From positions 1 to 58,895 of the forward strand of contig DASVYQ010000110.1 of the NCBI GenBank assembly GCA_036392095.1: DNA of 58,895 nt, given 5' to 3'. The stretch is from Patescibacteria group bacterium (GTDB lineage: Bacteria > Patescibacteriota > Microgenomatia > Levybacterales > UBA12049). The translations under genes and the position numbers were made by a program. Below are positions 18,639-26,839 of the stretch, in pieces. Each line of letters opens with the position of its first letter. The stretch's first letter is position 1. A model generated the notes under the pieces. The model saw nothing but the letters and a program-made list of their open reading frames with translations. It had not been told where the DNA came from and searched no databases.

Positions 18639-18950
18639 ATGGCAAATTTTCAAGATCAAACATTAACTTGCCGCGATTGTGGCAAACCATTTGTTTGGAC
18701 CGCTTCAGAACAAGAATTTTACGCATCTAAAGGATTTCAAAATGCACCAGTTCGATGTGCAGAATGTCGAGCAGCAAAAAAATCCCGAATGGGCGATTCT
18801 CATGGCCGAGGTGGAGGATTTGGTGGAGGACAAAGACAATCTTTCGAGATTACATGTTCTAACTGTGGCAAAAAAGACACAGTACCATTCCAACCAAAAG
18901 GTGATAGACCAGTATTATGTCGAGATTGCTTTAGAGCAAAGCGAGGCTAA
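18639..18950 (+). CDS. Double zinc-ribbon protein (zf-trcl-like plus CxxC-x17-CxxC)
   Basis: MANFQDQTLTCRDCGKPFVWTASEQEFYASKGFQNAPVRCAECR, a Gly-rich linker, then CSNCGKKDTVPFQPKGDRPVLCRDC. An AGGAGG lies shortly upstream of the ATG at 18639. Confidence 0.8.
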   Translation: MANFQDQTLTCRDCGKPFVWTASEQEFYASKGFQNAPVRCAECRAAKKSRMGDSHGRGGGFGGGQRQSFEITCSNCGKKDTVPFQPKGDRPVLCRDCFRAKRG

Positions 18951-19029
18951 TACTCTGTGTCATTCTGGCTAGTCCAGAATCAAACCTGGAGTCCACGATT
19001 GTGGATTTACCAGGATGACACAAACAAAA

Positions 19030-19058
19030 ACACTCCCCAAAAGGGAGTGTTTTTTGTT
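19030..19058 (+). terminator. Rho-independent terminator
   Basis: An 8-bp stem ACACTCCC/GGGAGTGT, a 5-nt loop, then TTTTTGTT. Confidence 0.6.
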
Positions 19059-19158
19059 AGGTGGAAAAAGTTGCTTTTGTGTATAAGAAACAGGAGAAAG
19101 ATAAGGGTAGAAGACAGTTTCTCTTGCTTGCTTGCTTCTTGTTTCGTACACTAAGAGT

Positions 19159-20505
19159 ATGTCGTCTTTATCTGCCCTTAAAGATAAATCGCTTGTTTTG
19201 GTTTTAGCATATTCTCCGTTTGGATTAGGTCATCTGCGCGTTACCGATGCTTTATATCATGGTTTGCCAGAAGAAATAACTCCAATATTGTTAGGCGCAC
19301 AAGATACATCAGTTACTGCTATGTATAGAATTGCCAGTATTCATCCCTTAACCCGTCTCCTCATGCTCGCACTTGAGTACGGAATAGGGGAGGATCTGTT
19401 TACCTATTTTTACAGGCGATATATGAATAATCATTCAGAATTATTGTATCGTCAATTAGAAACTATTTTAGATCAGAGAATTGAAACTCCAAAGACAATG
19501 CTCATAGTTGCCACACATTTTGGCTTGGCTCATCAATTAGCAAAAATCAAAAACCGCATTATGAAAGAGAAAAATGTCAAAATTATTTTGGCAGTACAAA
19601 TAACCGATGACAGTCCTCAGCATATTTGGTATGTGCCCGAAGCAAATGTAATTTTTAGTCCAAGTATGAGAACAGCAGAAAGTTTACTCGCATATGCCAG
19701 AAAAAGTAATTTGCCTCTTACTAAAATAATCGTGAATAGCTATCCAACAAGTCCTTTATTAAGTAAAGAGTTTTCAGAGGAAAAATATAAAAAAAGAATT
19801 GCTCAGGTTGATCCTAAATCAAAGGCAAAAATTCATGTTGCCATACCGTTGTCAGGTGCGGCAGTTGGTATGAGCTATTATCAACTTTTAATGCGGCATT
19901 TATATGCCCATAATGAACGTTTTTTCTTTCATGTTATTGGGAAAAAAACTCCATATACCAAACATTTTTTAGAGAGCAGTGCACAAATGCCGCAAGTAGA
20001 TTTACATATATCACTAACCGATAGAGAAGTTGTGGGAGAATACGAAAAAGCATATCAAAATGAATGTATTGCTCTTGAGGTCACAAAACCGTCAGAACAG
20101 GCTTTTAAAGCACTTTTTTGCCCAAATTATGTTGGTGGATCAATTCTGCTTTTTACAGAGCCTGTGGGTAGACAAGAGCGTGATAATTTGTACTTTTTAA
20201 GACGTCATCATTTAATACCAACAGAAAAAGAACAAGCATATATAGAACACGCCAGTTTGCACAGTGTGCCTCTTGTTCCAAAAGACAATATTTTACCTGC
20301 AGCTTCACATTGGCGGGGTGTAAGACTTCCCAAAGATCCAAAAATAGCAGCTTTATTTATTGAATGGGCATTAAAACAAGGAATTTTTTCCCAAATGGAT
20401 AGTAATTGTCCAAAAGGGCATAGAAGTGATGAAACAGAAATTCATGGTACAGCGCATTTTTGGGAATATATAAACCAGCTAGTCATAAAGGAATCCCTTC
20501 TGTAG
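19159..20505 (+). CDS. Cytoplasmic protein, possibly a GT-B (MGDG-synthase/GT28-like) glycosyltransferase
   Basis: No TM helices. The N-terminus LVLAYSPFGLGHLRVTDALYHGL resembles the G-x-G-H loop of MGDG-synthase-type enzymes. I prefer the ATG at 19159; the track uses a TTG at 19132. Confidence 0.35.
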   Translation: MSSLSALKDKSLVLVLAYSPFGLGHLRVTDALYHGLPEEITPILLGAQDTSVTAMYRIASIHPLTRLLMLALEYGIGEDLFTYFYRRYMNNHSELLYRQLETILDQRIETPKTMLIVATHFGLAHQLAKIKNRIMKEKNVKIILAVQITDDSPQHIWYVPEANVIFSPSMRTAESLLAYARKSNLPLTKIIVNSYPTSPLLSKEFSEEKYKKRIAQVDPKSKAKIHVAIPLSGAAVGMSYYQLLMRHLYAHNERFFFHVIGKKTPYTKHFLESSAQMPQVDLHISLTDREVVGEYEKAYQNECIALEVTKPSEQAFKALFCPNYVGGSILLFTEPVGRQERDNLYFLRRHHLIPTEKEQAYIEHASLHSVPLVPKDNILPAASHWRGVRLPKDPKIAALFIEWALKQGIFSQMDSNCPKGHRSDETEIHGTAHFWEYINQLVIKESLL

Positions 20506-20515
20506 AATAAGGAGT

Positions 20516-22201
20516 ATGAAAAGGCTTGCTCTCTCTTCGTGGATAATGATACTTGTCTCTCTTTTGTTACTTAGTTTCATTGCACTCCCTTTCGTAAATG
20601 CTGGCATTTTTTTTGGTCATGATATTTATTTACACACTGTCTATGTTCAAAAATTTTATGAAGCATTCTCACAAGGACAGTTGCCGGTACGAGTAATAGA
20701 TTGGATTTTTCCAGGATTTAATCAGCCTCTCTTCACCTTTTATCAGCCTGGATTTTATTACCTGACAGTACTTTTTAAACTGCTGCATTTTTCAACAAGT
20801 GATGCTATAAAAATAACTTCATTAGGCTTGTGGGTTGTAGGTGGAGTAGGCATGTTTTTGTTTACAAAAAGAAAAGCAGGATTAGCAGGCGGGCTCATCG
20901 CCTCAATTTTCTATACATTTGCGCCATATCACATTGTAGATATTTTTGTGCGGGCTGCATTGCCAGAATTTGCTGCCTTAAGCATAGTTCCGTTTTTGTT
21001 TTTAGGAATTGACGGTATGTTTACCTCTGCAAATCGTTTTTATTGGTGGCTTACTTCTCTAAGTATTGCTGTCCTTTTGTTATTTCATCCGCCAACCGCA
21101 CTTATGTTTTTGCCATTAGCAGGTTTGTATTGTCTCTATTTTTTGATACAAAAAGATAGAGTACGAAATATTTTGAAGTTGTTGTTGGTAACAAGTATTG
21201 GTTTTTTAATCAGTGCATTTTTTCTACTTCCTGCTTTTTTTGAGAAACAATTTATTTTTTTACAAAAGGCAGCGACAGGGAATTATGATTTTCATAATCA
21301 TTTTGTTTGCTTTTCTCAGTTATTAAAAACAGATTGGGGATATGGGTTTTCAGTTCCTGGGTGCAATGACACCATGCCATTTGCAATTGGATCGCTGCAC
21401 ATATTTTTTGTATTAGTCTTAGTTATTTTTCTTTTAGTGTTTCTTATACAAAAAAAATGGAGAAGAGAATTCTGGTTGCTAGGTATATTTATTGCCATAT
21501 TTTTCTTTTCCCTGTTTATGACCGGATTTTGGTCAAAGCTTGTATGGGAAAAAATTCCTTTCCTTACTTTTGTACAATATCCATGGCGTTTTTTATCTGT
21601 TGGAATTTTTACAGCCTCATTTTTAACAGGGTACGCAGTTTTTCTTTTGCCAGATTCGCTTCGTTTTAGAAGTTTTATCGCAATAGTTGCGCTTGTTTGT
21701 ATTTTATATGTGCCATATGTACATCCATTAACGTATTACTCACAACAATCGCTTGTGTTTGATAAAAATGGATTTACTAACTATTCAGACTACGTTAATG
21801 CAAAACATGATCCTGAGTCATTTTATGACCCCACAACGGCAATAAAACGAGTAACTCCAGCTACCATTTATTCTCAAATCACCTTTGAAAAAAAAGGAAA
21901 CATTTTAGAAGAAAAAACAACTGCTGCTGCTAAAACATTTATAGTTACAATGCCACAAGAGCAATCAATTACACTATATGTTAGATATTTTCCGGGATGG
22001 AATATAACACTTGATGGGAAAGTTTCTCATGTTATGCTTGATTCGTATGGATATGTGCATTTGCACCTTCCAGCAGGAAAGCATACGATTATAGCTTCTT
22101 ATACACAAACGCGTTTAGAAAAACTGAGTAATTATATAACTGTTTTTGCCTTTGTTGCCTCATTCTTATTCTTTCTTCCTATTAAAAGAAAAGTTGTTTA
22201 A
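20516..22201 (+). CDS. PTPS-related (PF10131-like) polytopic membrane protein, GT-C-like
   Basis: GIFFGHDIYLHTVYVQKFYEAFSQGQLPVRVIDWIFPGFNQPLFTFYQPGFYYL matches the family signature. It is followed by more than 10 TM helices and a soluble C-terminal beta domain. Confidence 0.6.
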   Translation: MKRLALSSWIMILVSLLLLSFIALPFVNAGIFFGHDIYLHTVYVQKFYEAFSQGQLPVRVIDWIFPGFNQPLFTFYQPGFYYLTVLFKLLHFSTSDAIKITSLGLWVVGGVGMFLFTKRKAGLAGGLIASIFYTFAPYHIVDIFVRAALPEFAALSIVPFLFLGIDGMFTSANRFYWWLTSLSIAVLLLFHPPTALMFLPLAGLYCLYFLIQKDRVRNILKLLLVTSIGFLISAFFLLPAFFEKQFIFLQKAATGNYDFHNHFVCFSQLLKTDWGYGFSVPGCNDTMPFAIGSLHIFFVLVLVIFLLVFLIQKKWRREFWLLGIFIAIFFFSLFMTGFWSKLVWEKIPFLTFVQYPWRFLSVGIFTASFLTGYAVFLLPDSLRFRSFIAIVALVCILYVPYVHPLTYYSQQSLVFDKNGFTNYSDYVNAKHDPESFYDPTTAIKRVTPATIYSQITFEKKGNILEEKTTAAAKTFIVTMPQEQSITLYVRYFPGWNITLDGKVSHVMLDSYGYVHLHLPAGKHTIIASYTQTRLEKLSNYITVFAFVASFLFFLPIKRKVV

Positions 22202-24231
22202 GGAGCTGGAGTTGGGGATACCGGAAGAGATAATTGTTGATTTGCTGTTGTCTGTACTGGTTTTACTACTGGCGTTGTAGATGTTGTGTTAGATGTTCCT
22301 TGTGCTTTAATTTTATCTTGCAATGCGCTTATTTCTTTATTCACTTTGTTTTCATTATCTTTATTACTTACTACTAATTGTGCAACTATTTGATATTGTG
22401 CAAGAGCATTCTGCAGATCACCTTTTTCTTCATATGCATGGCCCAAATTGTAGTATGCATTTGCAAAATCAGGTTTTAAATTTACTGCCTGTTGGAATAC
22501 TTTGATTGCGTTATCATATTGTTTTAATTGATAGTACAAAGCACCTAATGTCATGTATTCTTGTGGGTAGTTAGGATCTAAAGCAACTGCTTGCTGCATT
22601 CCTTGTATTGCAAACGTATCTGATCCTTGTCCAAATCCTAAGATACTTCTGTAATATGAAGAGTAGTTTTGCCAATTTAAGACATTGTATGGAGAAAGCG
22701 TTGTTGCTGTTTTTGCTGCATTAATACCTTGTTGGATTAAATTAATAACAGTTGATTGTACTTGTTGATCTGGTTTTTGATTTTTTTGAGAGTTTAATGC
22801 AATTACTGAATTAGCAATAGATAAATTTGTTTGAGAAAATGTTCTAAAGAAACTGTCTCTGTAAGGGAAGAGTGAAATTGCCTGAATTTGTTTTTGATAG
22901 GTTGCTGTCCCGTTATTTTGTTGTGCTGCAACAATAGATTGGCTAAAAATAATATCAGAGATAGTATAAATAGTTGCGTAATATCCAATAACACCGGCAA
23001 TTGCAAATAAAAGAACAGAGAAGACAATTGGCATAATCTGACTTGTTTTTGCAGCTTGTACTTTGTGTTCTGCATTAAATAATTCTCTTCTTAATGTAAC
23101 CAAGAATAATTCAAGGTCAAAAGATTTTGTACTGTTTTTTATTCCTTCTTGAGCAACAAACAAACTTAGAATAAAAAAGAATAATGCGATTTCTATAAAA
23201 GAGAAAGGAAAAATAATTGAGCTTATTATTAATATAAGTAGTGATATATAGAGTGGGTTATGGAATGATTTTACCGGTTTAATAACTGTTTTTATAATAA
23301 TAAAGGCAAAAGCTAAAAAGCCTAAAATTCCAGTGGTTGCAATAAGTTCTAAGACATAGCTTGATGATTGGAAAAAGCTTAAGTACCAAAGAGAAGGATA
23401 AGAATTAAAGCTAAGTGGTCTAAATCTGGTAAAGTCCATAAAGAAAGTGCCAGTACCACTGCCAAAGAAAAAGCTTTGAGCAATGCGTGTTGTATCTTGA
23501 GAAATTGTAGAAAATGCAATTTGAAATCCAGTAACAAAGGGAAGAATAACTAAATTATTTTGCATAATGATTTGATAGATAACCAATACGATATCTGCAG
23601 CTAAGATAAGTGTTGCAATTAAAAATGCAATTGATTTTTCATTTATTTTTCTTTTTATTAATGGGTATGCAAAGTATCCGGCAACAGGAAGCATTGCTGC
23701 AAGATATAAGCTGTGTTCTAATAAGCTACCCGTTGTAGTAAAAGAATTGGTATGGGTAAATGCAAAAGGAAGAACATAGACTTTAAAATAAGAGAGCATG
23801 TGAATAATTGCCATTGCACAAGCGCTTAACACTAATGAAGCAGTAAAAAAGAAAACAGATTCTTCTGTTTTAGCTGCATTTACAATTGCAAAGTAACTAA
23901 TCCCTAAAACAACATACATTGTTGCTCCAACAAGTGCGTCAATTCTTGCAATAGAGAATACTGCAGATAAAACAATTACAAGAATAAATAAGAATACCGG
24001 CAAATCTAAGAATGTTTTTCGTAAAAGAATTTTTTTACTAATAATTGCATTAACACCAATAAGCAGAAGTGACACTAAAGCAACTACTGTAATAAGTATT
24101 TGTTTTGGCATTATGTATGTTTCTGTTGTTGCGTTGAAAAAGAGAATAGGGAAGAGTAAAAAACAGATTCCCCAAATAAATTGGAGTGTTGTTTGCAAGT
24201 ATTCTAACACTTGTTTTTTTGAGTTTTGCAT
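22198..24231 (-). CDS. O-antigen ligase/Wzy-like polytopic membrane protein with C-terminal TPR repeats and an S/T/P-rich tail
   Basis: The Wzy_C-like segment is SSSYVLELIATTGILGFLAFAFIII. TPRs include ALDPNYPQEYMTLGALYYQLKQYDNAIKVFQQAVNLKPDFANAYYNLGHAYEEKGD. The tail is TSNTTSTTPVVKPVQTT...PVSPTPAP. Confidence 0.6.
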   Translation of the reverse strand: MQNSKKQVLEYLQTTLQFIWGICFLLFPILFFNATTETYIMPKQILITVVALVSLLLIGVNAIISKKILLRKTFLDLPVFLFILVIVLSAVFSIARIDALVGATMYVVLGISYFAIVNAAKTEESVFFFTASLVLSACAMAIIHMLSYFKVYVLPFAFTHTNSFTTTGSLLEHSLYLAAMLPVAGYFAYPLIKRKINEKSIAFLIATLILAADIVLVIYQIIMQNNLVILPFVTGFQIAFSTISQDTTRIAQSFFFGSGTGTFFMDFTRFRPLSFNSYPSLWYLSFFQSSSYVLELIATTGILGFLAFAFIIIKTVIKPVKSFHNPLYISLLILIISSIIFPFSFIEIALFFFILSLFVAQEGIKNSTKSFDLELFLVTLRRELFNAEHKVQAAKTSQIMPIVFSVLLFAIAGVIGYYATIYTISDIIFSQSIVAAQQNNGTATYQKQIQAISLFPYRDSFFRTFSQTNLSIANSVIALNSQKNQKPDQQVQSTVINLIQQGINAAKTATTLSPYNVLNWQNYSSYYRSILGFGQGSDTFAIQGMQQAVALDPNYPQEYMTLGALYYQLKQYDNAIKVFQQAVNLKPDFANAYYNLGHAYEEKGDLQNALAQYQIVAQLVVSNKDNENKVNKEISALQDKIKAQGTSNTTSTTPVVKPVQTTANQQLSLPVSPTPAP

Positions 24232-24302
24232 AGGCAGGATTAATCTACTGTAACAACCAAAAAATATAATGTCAAGGATAAATTTAGAGAGAAAATACTA
24301 TA

Positions 24303-25028
24303 TTATTTTCCGGAGATCTTTCGTAAGATAAATCCAAGTGGAGTAATGCCTCCTAATACTTCCCAGATAATATCTGGTGTACCTGTTCCAGGCAATTTAG
24401 ATGCATTTGAAGGAGAATAAACTGCGCCCAATACTTGGCTGGCATTAATATTATTGTTGTTTGTGTTGTTATTGTTATTTGTATTGCTTGGATTATTGTT
24501 AATAACCGGGTTAAAGTTAATACTTTGATTTTGATATTGTAATTGCTGTTGGCAAACAACTACTGCAACACCGTTAAGATACACAGTAATTGGTGTGCAA
24601 TTAGTCATATCTGTTGTTGGAGTTGGTGTTGCAGTTGGTACATCGGTTGGACTAACAGTTCCTGTTGGTGTATCTGTTGGAGAATCAGTTGGTGTTATTG
24701 TATCTGTTGGTGTTGGTGAATTTGCTGGGCAATATTCTCCTATTGGAAAAGCAATCTCGCATGCTGGGTGATCGTAGGCACATAATGGCAATGGGATGCA
24801 AGTTGGTGAAGCAGTAGGATCTTCATCAGTTGGTGATGCTGTTGGAGAGGTAGTATCGGTTGGCGCAACAGTATCTGTCGGAACTATTGTATTGGTTGGA
24901 GATTGGGTATCTGTAGCAGTTGGATTATCTGCATTAGCATTTTTTACAGCACTTGGTTGTATTGCATTAATATACAATCCCATAACCACCAAAATGCCAA
25001 AAAATGCTATAGATCTATATAGTTTCAT
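24303..25028 (-). CDS. Thr/Pro-rich LPXTG-anchored surface protein
   Basis: It has a signal peptide, two PT(D/N)T-type low-complexity blocks flanking a 4-Cys core, and an Asn-rich tract. LPGTG (nt 24395-24381) is followed by a hydrophobic stretch and RKISGK. Confidence 0.75.
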   Translation of the reverse strand: MKLYRSIAFFGILVVMGLYINAIQPSAVKNANADNPTATDTQSPTNTIVPTDTVAPTDTTSPTASPTDEDPTASPTCIPLPLCAYDHPACEIAFPIGEYCPANSPTPTDTITPTDSPTDTPTGTVSPTDVPTATPTPTTDMTNCTPITVYLNGVAVVVCQQQLQYQNQSINFNPVINNNPSNTNNNNNTNNNNINASQVLGAVYSPSNASKLPGTGTPDIIWEVLGGITPLGFILRKISGK

Positions 25029-25111
25029 ACAGAAAGCTCATTATATATCGACCTATAATATTTGTCAACAACGTATATAAACATAGGTTTTTTCTATGTT
25101 AGAATTGCTTT

Positions 25112-26815
25112 ATGACCACAAAGAAACTTGTTGCACTTCTTATTGGCATAACTCTTTTTGCCTATGTTTCTTCTTTAAACAATCCTTTTATTTGGGATGA
25201 TGAGCAATTTATCCAAAAAAATGTTTATGTACAAAATTTTGATGTAGAAAAGATTTTTACTACAAATACCGTGGCGGGAGCTGGGCTTGAGAGCAATTAT
25301 TACCGTCCGCTGACATCATTAAGCTTTGCTATAGATACCAAACTGTGGGGACAAAATCCTTTTGGCTTTCATATAACAAATTTTCTGCTTCATGTAGGTG
25401 CGGGAATTATCTTATTTTTTGTATTACAACAACTTGGCCTTTCAAAGCTGTTTTCCTTTGCAGTAAGCAGTATATTTTTAGTTCATCCTATCCAGACAGA
25501 GGCTATAACCTATATTAACTCTCGTGGAGATTCGCAATATACCTTTTTCTTTTTTCTGTCTCTTTTAGTCTTTTTGCATGCAATATCTGCAAAGAAAAAG
25601 CGAGTACTATTATATATTCTTAGCATTGTATCCTACGTGCTAAGTATTTTTTCAAAAGAAACAGCTATGGCTGGATTTCTTGTATTTATAGGAATAATAG
25701 GTTTTCACTATGTGAAAACAAAAAAAATTGCTTTGGTCTCAATTCTAATGGCATCAGTGATAACAGTAATCTCAGTAGGGTATTTCTTGCTTCGATTAAC
25801 GCTGCTTAACTTTAATAACACGCTTAATTTTTATAACACTACAAACTTTTATTCAACACATCTTTTTGTCAGGCTATTTACGTTTACAAAAGTAGTATGG
25901 ATTTATATTGGTCTTCTGCTTTTCCCATATCCGTTGCATATGGAAAGGGAAGTAGGTTTGGTTACAAGCTTTATTTCCGGTTGGGTTGCTGCTTTTATCT
26001 TGCTTATTATTGGCTTAATCATTCTTATTATATGGGAAATAAAGAAATACAAAACAGCAGTTATTGGCTTGGGATTTCTTCTCTCAGCCAGTTTTCTTGT
26101 GCCTGTGTCAGGCATTATTCCTATTAATGGTATTTTGTATGAGCATTGGCTGTATATTCCTATGGTTGGTTTTTTTATTATTCTCTTTAGACTAATCCAA
26201 ATAGCTGCGGGGTTGGTTGGTAAAGCTGCAGCAACTAAGCTTGGAACACTTGGGATAATGTTACTTTGTTGCATTTGTGTTGTTTTGACAATAAGACAAA
26301 ACAACATTTGGTCAGACCCACTTACATTTTATACATATACGCTTGGTTTTGCCCCAAATTCTTCACGTCTTCACAATAATTTAGGTATGACGTATGCAGA
26401 TGCTGGGCACTTAGATGCTTCAATTGTTGAGTACAAAAAAGCCATTGCTTTGACTCCCGATCTGCCTCAAGTGTATAACAATTTGGGAATTTCCTATCAG
26501 AGAAAGGGAGATGTAAAAAATGCAGAAGTTGCCTTACAAAAATCCCTTTCCTTGGCACCGCATTTTGAGGCTGCACAAATTAATCTTATGGCTTTATATT
26601 TAAAAGAAGAGAAGTATGCAAAAGCTCTTCCGCTCTTACAAGCATTAGCTCCATATAGCCAGAATGATGTGAGATTTTTGTACACATATGGAAAAACACT
26701 TTGGAAGTTACAGCAATATGATGCAGCAGAAAAACAATTTGACAAGGCTGTTGCAGCTTCGGGCAATAATGCAGATGTTATAGCTCAAATCAATCAACTG
26801 AAAGCCTCAAGATAG
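25112..26815 (+). CDS. TMTC-like GT-C membrane glycosyltransferase with C-terminal TPR repeats
   Basis: It has FIWDDEQFIQKNVYVQN and VHPIQTEAITYINS motifs. TPRs include HNNLGMTYADAGHLDASIVEYKKAIALTPDLPQVYNNLGISYQRKGD. Confidence 0.75.
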   Translation: MTTKKLVALLIGITLFAYVSSLNNPFIWDDEQFIQKNVYVQNFDVEKIFTTNTVAGAGLESNYYRPLTSLSFAIDTKLWGQNPFGFHITNFLLHVGAGIILFFVLQQLGLSKLFSFAVSSIFLVHPIQTEAITYINSRGDSQYTFFFFLSLLVFLHAISAKKKRVLLYILSIVSYVLSIFSKETAMAGFLVFIGIIGFHYVKTKKIALVSILMASVITVISVGYFLLRLTLLNFNNTLNFYNTTNFYSTHLFVRLFTFTKVVWIYIGLLLFPYPLHMEREVGLVTSFISGWVAAFILLIIGLIILIIWEIKKYKTAVIGLGFLLSASFLVPVSGIIPINGILYEHWLYIPMVGFFIILFRLIQIAAGLVGKAAATKLGTLGIMLLCCICVVLTIRQNNIWSDPLTFYTYTLGFAPNSSRLHNNLGMTYADAGHLDASIVEYKKAIALTPDLPQVYNNLGISYQRKGDVKNAEVALQKSLSLAPHFEAAQINLMALYLKEEKYAKALPLLQALAPYSQNDVRFLYTYGKTLWKLQQYDAAEKQFDKAVAASGNNADVIAQINQLKASR

Positions 26816-26839
26816 ATTTTATACTATATATAGTATCTC

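Noticed and set aside
18679-18972. 97-aa ORF overlapping the zinc-ribbon gene in another frame, plus the 18957-19154 and 18969-19151 ORFs
   Set aside because: The zinc-ribbon frame has clear CxxC motifs and a Shine-Dalgarno sequence. The others cover the hairpin and terminator region.
24796-25080. 94-aa plus-strand ORF (VGxxV-rich)
   Set aside because: It is the antisense of the PT-repeat region of the LPGTG protein, so it is a compositional artefact.
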